Source: Synergistales bacterium (GTDB lineage Bacteria; Synergistota; Synergistia; Synergistales; Synergistaceae). From it: a stretch of 16,642 nucleotides of DNA. The notes below the pieces were generated by a model. That model was not told the DNA's origin and did not search any database. It saw only the letters and a program-made list of their open reading frames with translations. This document shows positions 6,535 through 15,300 of the stretch, piece by piece. Where the stretch lies: contig BOCB01000037.1 in the NCBI GenBank assembly GCA_026002695.1, forward strand, positions 1 through 16,642. The letters are read 5' to 3'. Position 1 is the first letter of the stretch; every line of letters begins with the position of its first letter. The translations under genes were made by a program, and so were the position numbers.

Positions 6535-7833
6535 TTATACTTTTATCCCGCCGCGCAGCAGCTTTGCGGCCGCGAGGTTCAATACGGCCATTATGGAGAA
6601 TATCGACGGAATCCGGAGCCCTGCCGCGAGCAGGAGGGCCGCGGCGGCGGCGGAAGCGGCCATGAAGAAGGCGTCCATTACATTCGAGCAGGCCGTTACT
6701 CCGGCGAGGTCGCGCTCGCTGCTGCTGTTCTGCATTACGGCGTAAAGCGGCACTATATATATCCCGCCGAAGAATGAAATTCCAAAGAGGCAAAGCAAAA
6801 TGACGGAGTTTAGCGGGGAGAGAAGGAAGCGCCATATCGTGAGAAGATCACCGCTCTCCGCAGGGCGCCACGCGCTCAGCGCGGCGAGAAGGAGACTAAG
6901 CGCGGATATGGCGACAGCGGCGAGCGGGGTGTAGCGCGCGGATATTTCACCCTTCAGCAGATGGCTGCACGCTATGGAGCCGGCGCCTATGCCGAATGAA
7001 AATACGGCGAGCATCAATGTCGCCACATTGCTGTCGGCGCCTAATACCGTCTTGGCGTAACCGGGGAACTGCGACGTGAATATTCCTCCGACAGCGTAAA
7101 ACCACGATATGCCGAATATCGGGAAGGCCGCCTCGCGCCGCGCGATGACCTTCTTAACAAGAGCGGCTGTTTCTCCGAAGATGCCGAATCTCAGTTTGAG
7201 GGAAGGCCGCACGACGCGCGTGCGCGGGATGAAGAGGCTCGCCGCCCATCCCGCCGCCGCTATGAACACCACGAGGAAGCTGACCGAGCTCACCCCGCCC
7301 TCGCCCATTACAAAGACGCCCCCCGCTATGGTGCCGAGGAGTATCGACAGGAACGTACCGGTTTCGATTAGGGCGTTCGCGCCCACGAGTTCGTCCGCTT
7401 TCAGGCACTGGGGCAGGATACTGTACTTTATCGGCCCGAAGAACGCGCTCTGCGCGCCCATGAGAAACAGAATCGTCATCAGGAACCGTACGCTGCCGCT
7501 GTAAAAGGCGGCGACGGCTCCGGCCATCACGGCTATCTCCGCTAATTTCGTGCATCGCGCTATTCCGGCGCGCTCGTACTTGTCGGCGAGCTGCCCCGCT
7601 ATCGCCGAGAAGAGGACGAACGGCAGGATGAACACCCCTGACGCGAGCGTTACAATGACTCGCGCGTCGCCGCCGGTCTCGTCCGCGAGGCGGTACGTGA
7701 TCAGCATGGCCATTGCGCTCCTGAAGAAGTTGTCGTTGAACGCGCCGAGGAACATGGCGGCAAAGAGAGGGAGAAAGCTGCGCGACCTGAGGAGTCCCGC
7801 CAATTTTTTGCCGCCGGTTTTCTTATCCGTCAT
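6535..7833 (-). CDS. MFS transporter, LplT (lysophospholipid transporter)-like
   Basis: About 12 predicted TM segments. The N-terminal region FLPLFAAMFLGAFNDNFFRSA resembles the LplT QFLSAFGDNALLFA segment. ATG 7833 (MTDKKTGG...) is preferred over the ORF-track TTG 7890, which abuts a hairpin and has no RBS. Confidence 0.75.
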   Translation of the reverse strand: MTDKKTGGKKLAGLLRSRSFLPLFAAMFLGAFNDNFFRSAMAMLITYRLADETGGDARVIVTLASGVFILPFVLFSAIAGQLADKYERAGIARCTKLAEIAVMAGAVAAFYSGSVRFLMTILFLMGAQSAFFGPIKYSILPQCLKADELVGANALIETGTFLSILLGTIAGGVFVMGEGGVSSVSFLVVFIAAAGWAASLFIPRTRVVRPSLKLRFGIFGETAALVKKVIARREAAFPIFGISWFYAVGGIFTSQFPGYAKTVLGADSNVATLMLAVFSFGIGAGSIACSHLLKGEISARYTPLAAVAISALSLLLAALSAWRPAESGDLLTIWRFLLSPLNSVILLCLFGISFFGGIYIVPLYAVMQNSSSERDLAGVTACSNVMDAFFMAASAAAAALLLAAGLRIPSIFSIMAVLNLAAAKLLRGGIKV

Positions 7834-7893
7834 ATGATGCGGTGCCCCCTGTTGATTTGAGGTGAGGCCGATGTTGGTTTTGGTTATCAAGCC

Positions 7894-7921
7894 GTAGGGG
7901 CGGGATTTATCCCGCCCCTAC
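7894..7921. promoter_or_regulatory. Perfect GC-rich palindrome GTAGGGGCGGGA-TTTA-TCCCGCCCCTAC (5'-UTR stem-loop or operator)
   Basis: Two 12-bp perfect inverted arms around a 4-nt centre. No U-tract follows on either strand. It lies between the MFS promoter and the MFS start codon. Confidence 0.5.
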
Positions 7922-7940
7922 ACCCATCGGAGCCGCGTTT

Positions 7941-7970
7941 ATTATACAGCACATATCTTCTCATTCGCAA
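7941..7970 (-). promoter_or_regulatory. Sigma70-like promoter for the MFS gene: -35 TTGCGA (7965-7970), 18-nt spacer, -10 TATAAT (7941-7946), minus-strand sense
   Basis: Near-consensus hexamers with a canonical spacer. The predicted TSS is near 7933, which places the 12-bp palindrome at 7894-7921 in the early transcript. Confidence 0.45.
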
Positions 7971-8094
7971 GCGTTATTTTCGCTGATACGAACCTCTTGC
8001 GGGGACGGCAATCCGCCGGGCCGCGAACTGTGGCGGCAACGGTTTTTTTGCGGTATACTCTGCGTGGTGTGTTCGCAATCATTATGTTTCCGAG

Positions 8095-8571
8095 GTGAGC
8101 CGCGTGGTTATGATGGAGGATGTCCTCCGCAGGATAAAGTTGTACATTGGAGCGTTTATCGGCTTTGGAGCTGTTGTCTACATATCGTTCAGTAGCAATC
8201 ATATATTGCTGGCGCCGCTCGCGGCTTCCGCGTGTATTCTCTTCGCTGTGCCTGAGAGTCAGTTCGCCCGCGCGAAAAACGTGATATTCGGCCATATGCT
8301 TTCAGCCGCCATAGGCGTTACGGCAGGCAGCGCCCTCGGCGAACATTGGTGGGCGGCAGCCATTTGCGTCACGCTCGCCGTCGCCGTAATGGACGTAACC
8401 GACACGATGCATCCTCCCGCAGCCGCGACAAGCCTCATAGCCTTCGCTACGGAACACGGCTATTATTTTATACTGAGCCCTGTCGCCTCGGACTCCGTAC
8501 TTCTCGTAGCGACAGCTTACATTGTAAGAATTATATTTTGTTTGTGCCGGGAAAATAAAAAGCATGAATAG
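8095..8571 (+). CDS. HPP-family integral membrane protein
   Basis: 158-aa hydrophobic protein containing the family-defining HPP motif (TDTMHPPAAATSLIAF). SD GAGGTGAG at 8092-8099. The start is ambiguous among GTG 8095, GTG 8104 and ATG 8110/8113. Confidence 0.78.
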   Translation: MSRVVMMEDVLRRIKLYIGAFIGFGAVVYISFSSNHILLAPLAASACILFAVPESQFARAKNVIFGHMLSAAIGVTAGSALGEHWWAAAICVTLAVAVMDVTDTMHPPAAATSLIAFATEHGYYFILSPVASDSVLLVATAYIVRIIFCLCRENKKHE

Positions 8572-8648
8572 GTTAAATGGGCGCCGCGTGAAATATCGGC
8601 AGCAGTTTTTCCCTTATTTCGCTTATATGATACGGATTGCCCATGACG

Positions 8649-10664
8649 CTATCGCCCCTTGCCGGTACTGCCGGCGCTATCAATGAACTTCGCCTCGTCC
8701 CATATCTCTATGCCGAGTTCGACGGCTTTGCTGTATTTGCTTCCCGCGTTCGCCCCGGCTACCACCACGTCAGTTTTTTTGCTGACGCTGCTTGAAATTT
8801 TCGCTCCGAGAGACTCGGCTTTTTTTTGGGCTTCCTCCCGCGTCATCAGTGAAAGTTCGCCCGTGAAGACGAATTTTCTTCCGGCAAATTCCGCGGAGCT
8901 CTCATAAAACGTGTCCGGCTCGCTCATGTTTACTCCGGCCGATTTCAAACGCTCCACGGTTTCCCTGTTGCGCTCGTCGCCGAAGAAAGCCCTCACCGAC
9001 GCGGCAACGGTCTCTCCTACCCCGTCTATCACGGCGAGCTCGCCCTCGCTCGCGTTTATGAAGGCGTCCATGCCGCCGAAGCGCCTCGCTATGTCAAGGG
9101 CGGTTTTTTTGCCGACGTTGCGGATGCCGAGCGCGTTTATCACGGCGGACAGCGGGCGGCTCTTCGACGCCTCTATGGCCTCCGTTATGTTGCGCGCCGA
9201 TTTCTCGCCCATTCGGTCGAGTTCGGCCAAGTCGTTTTCGGACATTGCGTATATGTCCGCCGCGCTCTTTATGATCCCGCGCTCGGTGAGCTGCGCGATC
9301 AGCTTTTCGCCTATGCCGTTTATGTCCATGCACTGCCGCGAGACGAAGTGCAGTATCTCCTCCTGTAACTGAGCGGGGCAGGATTTATTCGGGCACCTTA
9401 TCGCGGCCTCGCCGGGCAGTTTTACGGCGTCCGCGCCGCAGACAGGGCAGACGGGCGGTATTTTGTAAGGCGTCTGCGAGCCGTCGCGCGCGTCCGTATC
9501 GACGCGCAGGACCTCCGGTATTATCTCGCCCGCCTTGTGCGCACATACCATGTCGCCGACGCGGATGTCCTTTCGGTCGATCTCGTCCTGATTATGCAGG
9601 CTCGCGCGCTGCACCGTCGTGCCGGAGAGGCTCACCGGCTCAAGCTGCGCGGTCGGAGTGAGCGCTCCGGTTCTGCCGACGGATACGATTATGTCGATCA
9701 CCCTCGTTCGCTTCTCCTCCGGCGGATATTTGAAGGCTATTGCCCAGCGCGGGGCTTTCGCCGTGCTGCCGAGAGTTTCTCGCAGGCTCAGGTCGTTCAG
9801 CTTCATAACCACACCGTCGGTGTTGATGGAGTTTGTGAAGCGCTTACCGCCCCACTCGTCAAGGTACTGCTCGACATCGGACATCGAAGCGCAGAGCCTG
9901 CTGCTCTCCTGAGTTGGCAGCCCGCGCGAGGCGAGCCATTCCAACAATTCTTTTTGAGTTTTCACGCCTAAGTTCTCCGCGCCGAGCGTGTGGTACAGAT
10001 ATATTTTAAGCCGCCTCGACGCCGTGACGCGGACGTCAAGCTGCCTCAGACTGCCGGCGGCGGCGTTGCGCGGGTTGGCAAAGAGCGGCTTATCCTCTTC
10101 TTCGCGGGTTCTGTTCAGCTCGGCGAAGTCCTCGCGCGACATGCAGACCTCGCCCCTCACCTCCACAACCCCGTTCGGCGCGTCCTTCAGCCTCAGCGGC
10201 AGGGAGCGTATCGTTCGGATGTTGCGCGTTACGTCCTCGCCGACCGTGCCGTCGCCGCGAGTGGCCGCCGTTTCGAGCGCCCCGTCGCGGTATATGAGCG
10301 AAACCGCGAGGCCGTCGAGCTTCGGCTCGCACATCCATTCCGGCTCTTCGCCCAGCGCCTTGGCCGCGCGTTCACGGAAGCTCCGCAGTTCGGCCACGCC
10401 GAGCGCGTTATCGAGGCTCTGCATCGGCGCGGAGTGCGTAACTCGCGCGAATTCGCCTCCCGGTTCGCCGCGTACCCGCGCGTTCGGAGAGTCCGGCGTC
10501 AGAAGCTCGGGATACTCGGTCTCGATGGCGGCAAGCTCGCGCAGAAGCGCGTCGTACTCGTGATCCTCTATCTCCGGGGCGTCCTTTACGTAATAAAGGT
10601 AGTCGCTGTCCGCGATAATTTTTTTTAACTCGTCAGCGCGCGAACGAGCCGTTTCTTTTTCCAT
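8649..10664 (-). CDS. ligA: NAD+-dependent DNA ligase LigA
   Basis: 671 aa with the adenylation motif EPKLDG, an OB domain, a Zn-finger Cys cluster (CPVCGADAVKL...CPNKSCP), HhH and a C-terminal BRCT domain. AGGA-type SD upstream of ATG 10664. Confidence 0.95.
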   Translation of the reverse strand: MEKETARSRADELKKIIADSDYLYYVKDAPEIEDHEYDALLRELAAIETEYPELLTPDSPNARVRGEPGGEFARVTHSAPMQSLDNALGVAELRSFRERAAKALGEEPEWMCEPKLDGLAVSLIYRDGALETAATRGDGTVGEDVTRNIRTIRSLPLRLKDAPNGVVEVRGEVCMSREDFAELNRTREEEDKPLFANPRNAAAGSLRQLDVRVTASRRLKIYLYHTLGAENLGVKTQKELLEWLASRGLPTQESSRLCASMSDVEQYLDEWGGKRFTNSINTDGVVMKLNDLSLRETLGSTAKAPRWAIAFKYPPEEKRTRVIDIIVSVGRTGALTPTAQLEPVSLSGTTVQRASLHNQDEIDRKDIRVGDMVCAHKAGEIIPEVLRVDTDARDGSQTPYKIPPVCPVCGADAVKLPGEAAIRCPNKSCPAQLQEEILHFVSRQCMDINGIGEKLIAQLTERGIIKSAADIYAMSENDLAELDRMGEKSARNITEAIEASKSRPLSAVINALGIRNVGKKTALDIARRFGGMDAFINASEGELAVIDGVGETVAASVRAFFGDERNRETVERLKSAGVNMSEPDTFYESSAEFAGRKFVFTGELSLMTREEAQKKAESLGAKISSSVSKKTDVVVAGANAGSKYSKAVELGIEIWDEAKFIDSAGSTGKGR

Positions 10665-10717
10665 GTTTTTATCCTTATCCTTTAGGCCTCTTGAGGATAA
10701 ATAGCCTTATTTTTTTC

Positions 10718-12232
10718 CTACAGCGGCTTCATCGTAGGGAAGAGCAGCACGTCGCGTATGCTCCGCGAGTTCGTCAGGAGCATCACGGTGCGGTCTACGC
10801 CGATTCCCATTCCGCCGGTCGGCGGCATACCGTATTCGAGCGCGTTGACGAAGTCCTCGTCAAACGGGTGAGACTCCTCGTCGCCCGCCTCCTTGCGCCG
10901 CGCCTGATCCATGAAGCGCTCCCTCTGGTCGATGGGGTCGTTCAGCTCGCTGAACGCGTTGGCGATCTCCCAGCCGTTGATGAACAGCTCGAAGCGTTCC
11001 GTCACGTCGGGGTTGTCCTTGTTCCTCTTCGCGAGCGGCGATATTACCGTGGGGTGCCCGAAGACAAACGTCGGCTGCACCAGCGTGTCCTCCGCAAATT
11101 CCTCGAAGAAGAGCGGCAGTATATCGAAGCGGCTTGTGTTTGCCGCTACTTCTATTTTGCGCTCGGCCGCGGCGCGCCTCGCCTCGTCGTCGGTTATCGA
11201 GAGGAAGTCGACGCCGGTCTTTTCCTTGACGAGATCGGCCATCGTCGCGCGCTTAAACGGAGGCGTGAGGTCTATCTCGGCGCCCTGATAATCTATCTTC
11301 CTGCCGCCGAGAGCGTCGGCGCACGCCACTAAAATATCCTCCGCGAGCTTCATCATGTCGCGGTAGCTGGCGTATGCCCAGTAAACTTCCATCGTCGTAA
11401 ATTCGGGGTTATGGCGCGGGTCCATGCCCTCGTTGCGGAAGATCGGCCCTAATTCGTAGACGCGCCCGAACATCCCGACGATGAGGCGCTTCAGGTGGAG
11501 CTCCGTCGCTATGCGGAGGTACATGTCTATATCGAGCGTATTGTGGTGCGTGATGAACGGGCGCGCGTTAGCCCCTCCCGCTATTGTCGAGAGTATCGGC
11601 GTCGTCACCTCGAGCGTGCCGTTATCCTCCAGCACGCGGCGGAATGTGCGGACGACGGCCGCCCTGCCGCGGAATATGTCGCGCACGCCGGGGTTGGCTA
11701 TGAGGTCGACGTACCTCTTGCGATAGCGTATCTCAGTGTCCTTCAGTCCGTGCCATTTTTCGGGCAGAGGACGCAGCGACTTCGACAGCAGGGAAAATTC
11801 ATTCACCTTTATTGAAAGCTCGCCCTTCTGCGTCCTGAACGGGACGCCCTTCACCCCTATGATGTCCCCGGTGTCAAGCCATTTTTTGAAGAAGGTGTAT
11901 CTCTCCTCGCCGAGCTCGTTCTGTTGGAAGTAAAGCTGCATATCCCCGCTCTCGTCCGCGAGATTGGCGAAGGCCGCCTTGCCGTGGCGGCGCACGGCCA
12001 TCAGCCTTCCGGCGACGCTCAGCTCGTCCTTGCACTCGTCCTCATGCGTGAGATTGCCGTATTTTTCCCTGATGCTCGTAAGGCTTGCGCCGCAATCCCA
12101 GTGGTCGTTGATGAAGGGGTCGTACCCCTCCTCCTCGCGCAGCCTCCTGAGTTTGTCCTTCCGCTGCCTGAATATCTCTTCCTCCGGAAGTTCGGCCTCG
12201 GTTATCTCGGCATTTGGTATCGGATCGGTCAT
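10718..12232 (-). CDS. lysS: Lysine--tRNA ligase, class II
   Basis: N-terminal OB anticodon-binding domain and class II catalytic motifs (FRNEG..., GGMGIGVDR). ATG 12232 (MTDPIPN...) is preceded by GGGAGGAAT. The ORF-track GTG 12247 overlaps that SD. A 53-nt spacer without a terminator separates lysS from ligA, so co-transcription is likely. Confidence 0.95.
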   Translation of the reverse strand: MTDPIPNAEITEAELPEEEIFRQRKDKLRRLREEEGYDPFINDHWDCGASLTSIREKYGNLTHEDECKDELSVAGRLMAVRRHGKAAFANLADESGDMQLYFQQNELGEERYTFFKKWLDTGDIIGVKGVPFRTQKGELSIKVNEFSLLSKSLRPLPEKWHGLKDTEIRYRKRYVDLIANPGVRDIFRGRAAVVRTFRRVLEDNGTLEVTTPILSTIAGGANARPFITHHNTLDIDMYLRIATELHLKRLIVGMFGRVYELGPIFRNEGMDPRHNPEFTTMEVYWAYASYRDMMKLAEDILVACADALGGRKIDYQGAEIDLTPPFKRATMADLVKEKTGVDFLSITDDEARRAAAERKIEVAANTSRFDILPLFFEEFAEDTLVQPTFVFGHPTVISPLAKRNKDNPDVTERFELFINGWEIANAFSELNDPIDQRERFMDQARRKEAGDEESHPFDEDFVNALEYGMPPTGGMGIGVDRTVMLLTNSRSIRDVLLFPTMKPL

Positions 12233-12287
12233 TGTTATTCCTCCCACACAGTTAATTAAACATTAAACCATTCTTTCTTAATTTTAT

Positions 12288-12321
12288 CATAAAAATAGAG
12301 GCGGCCGTTCCCGGTCGCCTC
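12288..12321 (-). terminator. Intrinsic terminator downstream of the activase-fusion gene
   Basis: The minus strand reads GAGGCGACCGGGAACGGCCGCCTC, a 10-bp stem with one mismatch and a TTCC loop, followed by TATTTTTAT. It lies just after stop codon 12329-12331 and before the AT-rich lysS promoter region. Confidence 0.55.
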
Positions 12322-12328
12322 GCTTTTC

Positions 12329-15300
12329 TCACGCGCTTGCCGCCGCCATCAGGAGCTTTATCCTGTTGAGCCGGTTCGCGCTGCTCGCGCTCGCGTCGTA
12401 GTCGAGCGGCAGGATATTCACCCCGCTGTTCCGGCGTTTAAGCTCCTTCATTACGCCCTTTCCGGTAATATGGTTCGGCAGGCAGGCGAAGGGCTGCACG
12501 CAGAGGATGTTCTTCACGCCGCTCTTTATCAGCTTCATCATCTCCGCGGTCAAAAGCCATCCTTCCCCTCCCTGATTGGCCGGTGAGAGTATGCCGGCGG
12601 CGTCCTCCGCCATGCCGTATATGTCATGACACTCGCCGAAGCGCGTCCCTTCGAGCGCGCGCTCTATCGGACGCCTCATGCGGTTGAGCGCGGCGATACC
12701 CACATGTCCGGCGAGACGCGACATTAATTTGCCCGACAGGCGTTTGTGCGCGTAAATCGGATCGTACAGGCTGTAGAGCAGGAAGCTGACAAGGTCAGGC
12801 ACTACGGCCTCCCCTCCCTCGGCCTCTATTATATCTACAAGGCGCTCATTCGCGCCCGCGTGATATTTCACTAATATCTCGCCGACTATACCAACCCTCG
12901 GACGCCGAGTATCGTCGATCGGCAGCGCGGCAAAATCCTTCACCATGTCCGCTATGTCGGAGGTATATCTGCGCCACCCGCCGAGGGAGACGCTTTCCTT
13001 GCAGCGTTCCGACCATTTATCACGGAGTTCGTTCACGCTGCCGCGTTCCTTTTCATACGGGCGGGTACGTAGGGTGAGCCGCATAAGGAGGTCGCCGTAC
13101 ATGGCTCCCATCAGGCATTTCCACATTGCCGAGGGCGTGGCCGGCAGTTTCGCCGCCTCACCTCTCCCCTGTGAGTTCACCGCGATCACTCTCGTACTCT
13201 TATATCCTGCGGCGTCGAGAGCCCTCCGCAGGAGCGGAACGTAGTTGCTCGCGCGGCAGGGACCGCCCGTCTGAACGTACAAGCAGTCCGTCTTGTCCGG
13301 GTCATACTCTCCGCTCGACAGCGCGCTCAAAAACTGCCCTACGACAACCATAGCAGGATAGCAGGCGTCGTTGTTGACGTACTTCAGCGCAAGCTCAATC
13401 GCTTCGCGCGAACCCTCGGGCAGGACGCGGAAGTCGAAGCCCTCGCTTCGCATTGCCGCCTCCAAAAATTGGAAATGGTACGGCGACAGCGGGGGACAGA
13501 GTATTGTGCGCCGCGCCTTTGATTTGCCGCAGAGCTTCCCGACATACTTAGTAGTAGGACGAATTTGCGGGGCAAGTAATTTTCCTTGTTCGCCGGAGGT
13601 CCGATTCGATCTCATTGCCGCGAGAAGCGAGCGTATTCGTATCCTCACAGCGCCGTTGTTACTTCCCTCGTCTATCTTTATGAGCGTGTGCGGCTTGCCG
13701 CCGCGCTCCAAAATTGCCGCCGCCTGGTCGGCGCTTATCGCGTCGAGGCCGCAGCCGAACGAGTTGAGCTGAACCATTTGAACCTCCTTAAAATCAGGGT
13801 GATTCGCAACTATCGACGCCGCCTTGTAAAGGCGCGAATGATATTCCCACTGATCGACGACGTAAAGCTCGTCTTTGTTCTCAGCCGCCGTATCGAGAAT
13901 TGAATCCTCGGTCAAAACAGCGACGCCGTAGGAGTTTATGAGAGTCGGTATACCGTGGTTCACCTCCGGGTCGAGGTGGTAAGGATGACCGGCGAGCACT
14001 ATGCCCGTCGCGCCGTTTTTAACGGCTTCCAGCGCGGTTCTTCCATACTCGGCTATATCTTCCTTGAAACGGCGCATTTCCTCGTATGCCGCGGCGACCG
14101 CGGATTTTATCTCGCTCTTTGTAACGCCGGAACCTGACATCAGCTCGAAGAGATTTTCGGTGAGCCGTTTTGGCGAGTCTATCGGGAGCGGCGCGCGCGT
14201 GAAATCGATGCCGCGCTCCCCTCCCTCGGTATTATCGCGCGCCTCGTCGATGTTGAGGTAGGCTACGTCGGGGTAGCCCGTAACGACGGGGCAGTTGAAG
14301 TGATTGTCAGTGTTTTTTAGTTCACCCCGCTCTTTAAGTATGACGGGGTAAAAAATCCGCTTCACTCCGCTTCGCAGCAGATCCGTAATGTGGCTGTGGA
14401 CGAGCTTCGCCGGATAGCAGAGCGTCTGGGACGGAATGGTGTCCATTCCGAGGCCGGAAGCCGGGGACGCGGAGGAGAGCCTCACGCTGTAGCCGAGCTT
14501 TGAGAGGAACGTGAACCAAAGCGGATAATTTTCATACATGTTGAGCGCGCGGGGAATGCCGATGACGCCACGCGGGGCGTCCTTCTCAGGAATCGGCTTG
14601 TAATAATCGAAGAGGCGCTTGTACTTCATGTCGGCCACGTTGGGCGGCGGGACGCTCGTTCGTTCCGCGGGCGCGCCGCGCTCACAGCGGTTGCCGCTGA
14701 GGTAGGACCGCCCGTCGCTGAACAGCGTCTTGGTCAATATACACCTGTTTCCGCAGCGGGCGCAGCGCGCCGTCGAAGTTTCGGCTCCGAAGGAATCGAG
14801 AGCTTCCCTCGTTATTATGGTACTCTTTTCTCCGCTGAAAGTGTCCCTTGCCAGCAGGGCGGCTCCGAAAGCGCCCATCAGCTCGGCGATGTCCGGGCGG
14901 ACAACCTCTCGTCCGCTCATCAGCTCGAAGGCGCGGAGCAACGCGTTATTTTTGAACGTCCCTCCCTGCGCGACTATGCGGCTGCCGAGCTCATCGGTAT
15001 CTCGCATCTTCAGGACCTTGTAGAGCGCGTTGCGCGCAACGGAGTAAGCGAGACCGGCGGAGATGTCGTTTACGCTCGCGCCGTCCTTCTGCGCCTGTCT
15101 CACTCTGGAGTTCATAAAGACCGTGCAGCGCGTGCCGAGGTCCACCGGCATGGACGACGCCTCAGCCGCGTCCGCGAACTCGCCCATGGTCAGCCCGAGC
15201 GATTCGGCGAAGCTCTGGATAAACGATCCGCAGCCCGAGGAACACGCCTCGTTAAGGTAGACACGGTTTATGACGCCGCCCTTTATGCCGAGGCATTTCA

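Noticed and set aside
7942-8295. 117-aa minus-strand ORF overlapping the HPP gene 5' end and its leader
   Set aside because: It has no RBS or motif and overlaps the HPP-family gene, which has its characteristic motif. The region is better explained as the MFS promoter and HPP leader.
9537-11332. Several 100-210-aa + strand ORFs (9537-9971, 9988-10563, 9990-10628, 10691-11332, 10911-11288) antisense to ligA and lysS
   Set aside because: Antisense to two unambiguous housekeeping genes. They have skewed composition (Ser/Arg/Ala-rich), no motifs and no RBSs.
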